Positions 1-9,421 of a stretch of 64,000 nt of DNA are shown here, piece after piece. The DNA lies in assembly GCA_051362555.1 (NCBI GenBank), contig CM120648.1, forward strand, positions 16,178,587 to 16,242,586, given 5' to 3'. The position numbers and the translations under genes are program-made. Numbering within the stretch: the stretch's first letter is position 1; every line of letters starts with the position of its first letter. The notes below the pieces were generated by a model. That model did no database searches. It was given only the letters and a program-made list of their open reading frames with translations, and was not told the origin of the DNA. The stretch is from Lingula anatina. Its lineage: Eukaryota; Animalia; Brachiopoda.

Positions 1-1325
1 GAGGTCCCACACTGCAACACAACTATCCTTGGTCCTGGAAAAAAAATATGCAGTATTTAACATCCTAGCCTGCTAGTTGGCACCAAAATTAACTCTAACA
101 AAACAGGAAAAATGTCAGAAACAAAGAGGAAAAAATGAAATACAATTTTTATACACTGTATTTTAGCAGAACTACATTTTGTCTGTCCTATACATGTCGT
201 ATTCTGTCATTGTAATGACCTATTTTTAGGGTTACACTTGCCACACAAGGGTAGAAACCACCAAATAATTTCCCTTTGACAACTATACAAAGAAATGCCT
301 GCAAAACTGCATGAATAAAAACATTTCCCATCCCCATGGACGGCAGACACACTGACATAACTCCCAATGGCACAAAAATATACTGTCACCAGACATTATT
401 TCTTACCGGCATTACTTGAACATGTGACCCTTCTGTTTGTAAGCAAACCACTGCACTGCTCACATGTAGTAGCTCCCTCCGCCAGAGGTCTCACGACTGC
501 ACCACAACTATGCCTGGTCCTGAAAAAAAAACTGGCAGTAGTTTACACCCTGGCCTGCTAGTTGATCCCAAATTTAACCCTAGCAACACACAAGAAATAC
601 CAGGAAAAAAAATGAAAAAAAGCACTATTTTTATCTGAATGAACTATATTCGTCTATAACAGATGCTAATTGGCTGATTTATCAGTTTCCGCCCAGAACC
701 AGAAACCAAAAATAACAAAATGACAATCCACCTACATATCCGGTTTAAAGTAGTGCTCAAACTTAATCAATCTTTATGAAATATTCACCAAAAACTCAAC
801 AGCAATCCTGAAACATATCTGGAAAATTTGGTGCCTGTTGTAACAGTACTTATTGATATATTGCAGAATAAAAACATAGTCCAATTTACTGTGTTACACC
901 TGTAAATTACAACAAAAATGAGAGTAATTATGGTATATGAAGACCTGTGATTTTATGAAAAAGCTATATATCACTTCCAATTTTTTTACATGAACAACTT
1001 GTTCCTTTAGCTAATCAAAAAAAATATTTCCACACACATTTACCTACTATGACCATTTTATGGAAAGTTTTAAGCTCCCCACCCCCCTAAATACATAGAT
1101 AAATGGATAAAAATGCTGATGCATTATTCCAAACATCTAAGACCTAAAACCAACATTGCATACAAAAGACAAGGTGTCACTTCCTCACATGGAAAAAAAA
1201 TTCCCAGGTTTACATCTGTGTAAACACTTTCCCTGGGGAGTTGAAATCAGTAGGGGCTCTGGGCCAGGTGGCTAGGGACAGGGAGCTAACACAAACATCC
1301 TGCTGCCTGGCCTCCTGCTGCCCTG

Positions 1326-1332
1326 TATAAAA
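1326..1332 (+). promoter_or_regulatory. TATA box upstream of the transposase ORF (present in every complete unit)
   Basis: CTGTATAAAAGAG about 60 bp before the first ATG and 120 bp before the second ATG; conserved in all complete units. Confidence 0.55.
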
Positions 1333-1386
1333 GAGACCCCAGCTCAGCCAAAAATCATACCAGCTCACAGAGTTAGTCTGAAGTCC

Positions 1387-3637
1387 ATGAGTGAAAAATA
1401 CTGTCATCTTAGAGGAGAAAAAAAATTAGAGTTGCCAGGAGACAGAATGCCTGGAAGAAAAAAGGCCAGAAAATGGTATTTTAAGCCAGGCAATACCTAT
1501 GGGTCTCAGTACTGGCAAGGTGTCAGTGAAAAAAAAGCAGACCAGAGGAAAGAAGAAAGTCACCCCTTTACCAGACTGAGTGCTACTCAGTATGAAGACC
1601 TTGTGACAGTGAGGAGAGATGGCACTCTCAGCCTCCATGATGTTGATGGAAATCCTGCTCCAGTGAGGTTGCGGAGACCAGTAAAACCAAAGGCCACAGT
1701 CCAGCAGCCTGAGTCTGATGGCAAGCCACCAGTCAGTGATGATGTCTACAAGCCAGAGGCGTAACCAGACCTTTAAAAATTGTACGCACAGATTTTGAAA
1801 ATTCCCAGGTACGATTATATTCCTTGAAAAATACACTAAATTAATGGAGAATAATATCATGGTTGGCTCAAAAAATTGTACGCACAGTGCATCCGTGCGT
1901 ATGCCTGGTTACGCCCCTGCAAGCTACACCATCAGGGGAAGCTGCTGCAGTTTTTTAATGACTGCTTTCAAGAGCATGCAGAGAAGAGTGCTGGTTGTGA
2001 TGGCAGACTTGTCTTCGACCCAAACAAAGAGGAGAAGCGAGGACTGTGTTGGAAGGAGGAAATGAAGTGTGAGAAATGCAGCTATCACTCTAAAAAGACA
2101 AAACTGTACACAGAGGTGACAAGAGAAGGACCAGGGTGCAAGGCAGCAGTACCTAATGTAGCCATACAAGTTGGACTGTCCCAGACAATGATATCAAATG
2201 TTGCATGCCGGCGAATTTTGATGTCAGCTCACATCCCTGTACCAGCAACAAGTGGGATGCAGAAACATACAAACAGTGTGCATGACAAGATAGTGGAAGC
2301 CAACAGAGGTGACATGGCCAGAAGGCGGGCTCAGCTGCATGAGAACAACCAAGTAATGGGCCTCCCCAGAGACGCACCCATCAGAGTAGAGGGAGATGGA
2401 CGTTATAATAACCCCCTGTATTCAGGTGCAGGGAAAACTCCCTTCCAGGCAGGCACACAGGCAGTGTATACAGTAGTTGAAAATCAAACTAAGAGCAAAC
2501 AGGTGATTGCTGTGGCAACAAAAAATAAACTCGATCTGTACTACAGCACAAAGACTGAGAAACAAGGGGCAGCGTGTGACATGTCCAGATCACCATGGCC
2601 ACTGCTCTGCTTCAGCACCTCCTAACTCCAGCATTGGCGATGAAGCTGACCTAGCCCAGGCATGTGTGTTGGAAATGCAGCAGGACAACGAGCCAACACG
2701 TGTGAAGTACTGCATTCTGGATGGTGATTCACGTGCACTGAAGGGTTTCCAACCTACCTCAGAGACATCAACAAGTGATACATGTACCCCTCCGCTTCTA
2801 CTAAAAGACACCCGTCACCTCAGTCTTGGACAGAAACGTGCACTGGCCAAAGTATCCTGGAGTTCTGGGATGTTTCCTAGACATCTGAAAATAGAGAAAG
2901 AAAAACTGATAAACAGATTCAATGAGGATGTTAAGCGTCAGTGTGCTATGACATTGTCACTGTGTTATGATGCATGTGCTGGAGATGTGAACAAGATGAT
3001 AAAAAAACTGACCTATGCCACTGATGCCATGATTGACTGTTACAATGGAAACCATGACTTATGCAAAAGAGGCAAGTCCTTCACATGTCAGGGCACAAAA
3101 AGACACCATTGGAACAAGCCCATGCTACCAGAAGGCTACAGGCTACATATGACTGATGAGGATAAAGATAAATTAAGACAATGTATTGGTTACAAATTGG
3201 ACAGAAATGCAGTGCTCTCTCAGCACTTTAATAGTAACAGTCAAAAAGCAGAAGCAGTTAACCGCACCTATACATCAACAAACCCAAAATGTGTCACCAT
3301 GACAAGGAATTTCAGTGGCAGGATACACAGTGCTGTCCACAAGGTGAACAATGGACCAGGTCAGTCTACAGTGCAGCTACTGGAACATGTTGGAGCCAGC
3401 CTTCCACACAATTCCCGTGTTCGATGCCAGCTGAAAAGTGAAGATGCACAAGTGAAAAAGAGAAAAGACTCTAAAAAGACTATTAAAAGCAAGCAAAACA
3501 GAATAAAAACTGTTCTAAGAAACTATCAAATGTATGACTCTAGACCAGAAAAAGTTGTGTACAAAAAAGGCATGCATGACAAGCTGCCACAGAAATCCAT
3601 TAGATGCCCTCCAGATCATAATTATAATAAAAAATAA
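1387..3637 (+). pseudogene. Transposase copy 1, disrupted by a MITE insertion and a +4 frameshift
   Basis: Split into ORFs 1387-1764, 1876-2625 and 2507-3637 that match the intact copy at 9422-11491. Confidence 0.92.
1754..1919. mobile_element. 166-bp MITE with 15-bp TIRs and 5-bp TSD (CAAGC)
   Basis: Starts CAGAGGCGTAACCAG and ends CTGGTTACGCCCCTG (14/15 inverted match). CAAGC lies at 1749-1753 and 1920-1924. Absent from all other units, and unit 1 is exactly 171 bp longer than unit 2. Confidence 0.95.
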
Positions 3638-3776
3638 TAATTTTATATAAACAACGTGGTTTGTTATTTATTTATTAAATTGTGTGGGGTTAATTTTACT
3701 TAAAAGTTGGGGTTAACTTTCGCGGTCACACTTAAAAGTTGGGGTTAACTTTCACAGCAGTCACACTTAAAAGTTT

Positions 3777-4000
3777 GGGTTAAAGTTAGGGTTAGGGTTA
3801 GACTTAGGGTTAGGGTTAGGGTTAAAGTTAGGGTTAGGGTTAGGGTTAGGGTTAAAGTTAGGGTTAGGGTTAGAGGGTTAGACTTAGGGTTAGGGTTAGA
3901 CTTAGGGTTAGACTTAGGGTTAGGGTTAAAGTTAGGGTTAGGGTTAGACTTAGGGTTAAAGTTAGGGTTAGGGTTAGACTTAGGGTTAGGGTTAGGGTTT
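3777..4000 (+). repeat. Telomere-like tract (TTAGGG with TTAAAG/TTAGAC variants), unit 1
   Basis: Hexamer array read directly; G-rich strand is +. Confidence 0.97.
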
Positions 4001-4027
4001 GAGCTAGTTTTAAAAATGGGATAAATA

Positions 4028-4737
4028 TTCTCCTACCGGCAGCTCTCTATCTTGTTAGTAAACAAACCACTGCACTGCTGACATTTAGGAGTTCCCTGCA
4101 CCAGAGGTCCCACACTGCAACACAACTATCCTTGGTCCTGGAAAAAAAATATGCAGTATTTAACATCCTAGCCTGCTAGTTGGCACCAAAATTAACTCTA
4201 ACAAAACAGGAAAAATGTCAGAAACAAAGAGGAAAAAATGAAATACAATTTTTATACACTGTATTTTAGCAGAACTACATTTTGTCTGTCCTATACATGT
4301 CGTATTCTGTCATTGTAATGACCTATTTTTAGGGTTACACTTGCCACACAAGGGTAGAAACCACCAAATAATTTCCCTTTGACAACTATACAAAGAAATG
4401 CCTGCAAAACTGCATGAATAAAAACATTTCCCATCCCCATGGACGGCAGACACACTGACATAACTCCCAATGGCACAAAAATATACTGTCACCAGACATT
4501 ATTTCTTACCGGCATTACTTGAACATGTGACCCTTCTGTTTGTAAGCAAACCACTGCACTGCCCACATGTAGTAGCTCCCTCCGCCAGAGGTCTCACGAC
4601 TGCACCACAACTATGCCTGGTCCTGAAAAAAAAACTGGCAGTAGTTTACACCCTGGCCTGCTAGTTGATCCCAAATTTAACCCTAGCAACACACAAGAAA
4701 TACCAGGAAAAAAAATGAAAAAAAGCACTATTTTTAT
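4028..4737. repeat. Two diverged ~230-bp direct repeats within the unit spacer (about 4028-4255 and 4501-4737)
   Basis: Shared blocks TACCGGCA, CAAACCACTGCACTGC, CCAGAGGTC, CACAACTAT, TGGTCCTG+A-run and CCTGCTAGTTG occur in the same order in both; repeated in every unit. Confidence 0.85.
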
Positions 4738-5489
4738 CTGAATGAACTATATTCGTCTATAACAGATGCTAATTGGCTGATTTATCAGTTTCCGCCCAGA
4801 ACCAGAAACCAAAAATAACAAAATGACAATCCACCTACATATCCGGTTTAAAGTAGTGCTCAAACTTAATCAATCTTTATGAAATATTCACCAAAAACTC
4901 AACAGCAATCCTAAAACATATCTGGAAAATTTGGTGCCTGTTGTAACAGTACTTATTGATATATTGCAGAATAAAAACATAGTCCAATTTACTGTGTTAC
5001 ACCTGTAAATTACAACAAAAATGAGAGTAATTATGGTATATGAAGACCTGTGATTTTATGAAAAAGCTATATATCACTTCCAATTTTTTTACATGAACAA
5101 CTTGTTCCTTTAGCTAATCAAAAAAAATATTTCCACACACATTTACCTACTATGACCATTTTATGGAAAGTTTTAAGCTCCCCACCCCCCTAAATACATA
5201 GATAAATGGATAAAAATGCTGATGCATTATTCCAAACATCTAAGACCTAAAACCAACATTGCATACAAAAGACAAGGTGTCACTTCCTCACATGGAAAAA
5301 AAATTCCCAGGTTTACATCTGTGTAAACACTTTCCCTGGGGAGTTGAAATCAGTAGGGGCTCTGGGCCAGGTGGCTAGGGACAGGGAGCTAACACAAACA
5401 TCCTGCTGCCTGGCCTCCTGCTGCCCTGTATAAAAGAGACCCCAGCTCAGCAAAAAATCATACCAGCTCACAGAGTTAGTCTGAAGTCC

Positions 5490-7569
5490 ATGAGTGAAAA
5501 ATACTGTCATCTTAGAGGAGAAAAAAAATTAGAGTTGCCAGGAGACAGAATGCCTGGAAGAAAAAAGGCCAGAAAATGGTATTTTAAGCCAGGCAATACC
5601 TATGGGTCTCAGTACTGGCAAGGTGTCAGTGAAAAAAAAGCAGACCAGAGGAAAGAAGAAAGTCACCCCTTTACCAGACTGAGTGCTACTCAGTATGAAG
5701 ACCTTGTGACAGTGAGGAGAGATGGCACTCTCAGCCTCCATGATGTTGATGGAAATCCTGCTCCAGTGAGGTTGCTGAGACCAGTAAAACCAAAGGCCAC
5801 AGTCCAGCAGCCTGAGTCTGATGGCAAGCCACCAGTCAGTGATGATGTCTACAAGCTACACCATCAGGGGAAGCTGCTGCAGTTTTTTAATGACTGCTTT
5901 CAAGAGCATGCAGAGAAGAGTGCTGGTTGTGATGGCAGACTTGTCTTCGACCCAAACAAAGAGGAGAAGCGAGGACTGTGTTGGAAGGAGGAAATGAAGT
6001 GTGAGAAATGCAGCTATCACTCTAAAAAGACAAAACTGTACACAGAGGTGACAAGAGAAGGACCAGGGTGCAAGGCAGCAGTACCTAATGTAGCCATACA
6101 AGTTGGACTGTCCCAGACAATGATATCAAATGTTGCATGCCGGCGAATTTTGATGTCAGCTCACATCCCTGTACCAGCAACAAGTGGGATGCAGAAACAT
6201 ACAAACAGTGTGCATGACAAGATAGTGGAAGCCAACAGAGGTGACATGGCCAGAAGGCGGGCTCAGCTGCATGAGAACAACCAAGTAATGGGCCTCCCCA
6301 GAGACGCACCCATCAGAGTAGAGGGAGATGGACGTTATAATAACCCCCTGTATTCAGGTGCAGGGAAAACTCCCTTCCAGGCAGGCACACAGGCAGTGTA
6401 TACAGTAGTTGAAAATCAAACTAAGAGCAAACAGGTGATTGCTGTGGCAACAAAAAATAAACTCGATCTGTACTACAGCACAAAGACTGAGAAACAAGGG
6501 GCAGCGTGTGACATGTCCAGATCACCATGGCCACTGCTCTGCTTCAGCACCTCCTAACTCCAGCATTGGCGATGAAGCTGACCTAGCCCAGGCATGTGTG
6601 TTGGAAATGCAGCAGGACAACGAGCCAACACGTGTGAAGTACTGCATTCTGGATGGTGATTCAGGTGCACTGAAGGGTTTCCAACCTACCTCAGAGACAT
6701 CAACAAGTGATACATGTACCCCTCCGCTTCTACTAAAAGACACCCGTCACCTCAGTCTTGGACAGAAACGTGCACTGGCCAAAGTATCCTGGAGTTCTGG
6801 GATGTTTCCTAGACATCTGAAAATAGAGAAAGAAAAACTGATTAACAGATTCAATGAGGATGTTAAGCGTCAGTGTGCTATGACATTGTCACTGTGTTAT
6901 GATGCATGTGCTGGAGATGTGAACAAGATGATAAAAAAACTGACCTATGCCACTGATGCCATGATTGACTGTTACAATGGAAACCATGACTTATGCAAAA
7001 GAGGCAAGTCCTTCACATGTCAGGGCACAAAAAGACACCATTGGAACAAGCCCATGCTACCAGAAGGCTACAGGCTACATATGACTGATGAGGATAAAGA
7101 TAAATTAAGACAATGTATTGGTTACAAATTGGACAGAAATGCAGTGCTCTCTCAGCAATTTAATAGTAACAGTCAAAAAGCAGAAGCAGTTAACCGCACC
7201 TATACATCAACAAACCCAAAATGTGTCACCATGACAAGGAATTTCAGTGGCAGGATACACAGTGCTGTCCACAAGGTGAACAATGGACCAGGTCAGTCTA
7301 CAGTGCAGCTACTGGAACATGTTGGAGCCAGCCTTCCACACAATTCCCGTGTTCGATGCCAGCTGAAAAGTGAAGATGCACAAGTGAAAAAGAGAAAAGA
7401 CTCTAAAAAGACTATTAAAAGCAAGCAAAACAGAATAAAAACTGTTCTAAGAAACTATCAAATGTATGACTCTAGACCAGAAAAAGTCGTGTACAAAAAA
7501 GGCATGCATGACAAGCTGCCACAGAAATCCATTAGATGCCCTCCAGATCATAATTATAATAAAAAATAA
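5490..7569 (+). pseudogene. Transposase copy 2, +4 frameshift
   Basis: AAACTCGATCTGTAC versus AAACTCTGTAC in intact copies; ORFs 5490-6557 and 6439-7569. Confidence 0.92.
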
Positions 7570-7707
7570 TAATTTTATATAAACAACGTGGTTTGTTATT
7601 TATTTATTAAATTGTGTGGGGTTAATTTTACTTAAAAGTTGGGGTTAACTTTCGCGGTCACACTTAAAAGTTGGGGTTAACTTTCACAGCAGTCACACTT
7701 AAAAGTT

Positions 7708-7932
7708 GGGGTTAAAGTTAGGGTTAGGGTTAGACTTAGGGTTAGGGTTAGGGTTAAAGTTAGGGTTAGGGTTAGGGTTAGGGTTAAAGTTAGGGTTAGG
7801 GTTAGAGGGTTAGACTTAGGGTTAGGGTTAGACTTAGGGTTAGACTTAGGGTTAGGGTTAAAGTTAGGGTTAGGGTTAGACTTAGGGTTAAAGTTAGGGT
7901 TAGGGTTAGACTTAGGGTTAGGGTTAGGGTTT
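7708..7932 (+). repeat. Telomere-like tract, unit 2
   Basis: TTAGGG/TTAAAG/TTAGAC hexamers. Confidence 0.97.
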
Positions 7933-9421
7933 GAGCTAGTTTTAAAAATGGGATAAATATTCTCCTACCGGCAGCTCTCTATCTTGTTAGTAAACAAACC
8001 ACTGCACTGCTGACATTTAGGAGTTCCCTGCACCAGAGGTCCCACACTGCAACACAACTATCCTTGGTCCTGGAAAAAAAATATGCAGTATTTAACATCC
8101 TAGCCTGCTAGTTGGCACCAAAATTAACTCTAACAAAACAGGAAAAATGTCAGAAACAAAGAGGAAAAAATGAAATACAATTTTTATACACTGTATTTTA
8201 GCAGAACTACATTTTGTCTGTCCTATACATGTCGTATTCTGTCATTGTAATGACCTATTTTTAGGGTTACACTTGCCACACAAGGGTAGAAACCACCAAA
8301 TAATTTCCCTTTGACAACTATACAAAGAAATGCCTGCAAAACTGCATGAATAAAAACATTTCCCATCCCCATGGACGGCAGACACACTGACATAACTCCC
8401 AATGGCACAAAAATATACTGTCACCAGACATTATTTCTTACCGGCATTACTTGAACATGTGACCCTTCTGTTTGTAAGCAAACCACTGCACTGCCCACAT
8501 GTAGTAGCTCCCTCCGCCAGAGGTCTCACGACTGCACCACAACTATGCCTGGTCCTGAAAAAAAAACTGGCAGTAGTTTACACCCTGGCCTGCTAGTTGA
8601 TCCCAAATTTAACCCTAGCAACACACAAGAAATACCAGGAAAAAAAATGAAAAAAAGCACTATTTTTATCTGAATGAACTATATTCGTCTATAACAGATG
8701 CTAATTGGCTGATTTATCAGTTTCCGCCCAGAACCAGAAACCAAAAATAACAAAATGACAATCCACCTACATATCCGGTTTAAAGTAGTGCTCAAACTTA
8801 ATCAATCTTTATGAAATATTCACCAAAAACTCAACAGCAATCCTAAAACATATCTGGAAAATTTGGTGCCTGTTGTAACAGTACTTATTGATATATTGCA
8901 GAATAAAAACATAGTCCAATTTACTGTGTTACACCTGTAAATTACAACAAAAATGAGAGTAATTATGGTATATGAAGACCTGTGATTTTATGAAAAAGCT
9001 ATATATCACTTCCAATTTTTTTACATGAACAACTTGTTCCTTTAGCTAATCAAAAAAAATATTTCCACACACATTTACCTACTATGACCATTTTATGGAA
9101 AGTTTTAAGCTCCCCACCCCCCTAAATACATAGATAAATGGATAAAAATGCTGATGCATTATTCCAAACATCTAAGACCTAAAACCAACATTGCATACAA
9201 AAGACAAGGTGTCACTTCCTCACATGGAAAAAAAATTCCCAGGTTTACATCTGTGTAAACACTTTCCCTGGGGAGTTGAAATCAGTAGGGGCTCTGGGCC
9301 AGGTGGCTAGGGACAGGGAGCTAACACAAACATCCTGCTGCCTGGCCTCCTGCTGCCCTGTATAAAAGAGACCCCAGCTCAGCAAAAAATCATACCAGCT
9401 CACAGAGTTAGTCTGAAGTCC

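Noticed and set aside
188-561. Small spacer ORFs (60-64 aa) as a His-Me finger nuclease or accessory protein
   Set aside because: No SHLC/HL..E...N-type motif in the frames I translated; their recurrence only reflects unit duplication.
1203-1237. Hairpin CCCAGG-TTTACA...TGTAAA...CCTGGG as an element terminus or ncRNA
   Set aside because: Short stems with no adjacent TSD or boundary evidence; could be chance.
3777-4000. A true chromosome end or independent telomerase healing at each unit
   Set aside because: The tracts are short, internal, rich in variants and share the same variant order between units.
6439-6557. Programmed ribosomal frameshift joining the 355-aa and 376-aa ORFs
   Set aside because: Units 3-5 lack the 4-bp insertion and read straight through this point, so the split is a mutation.
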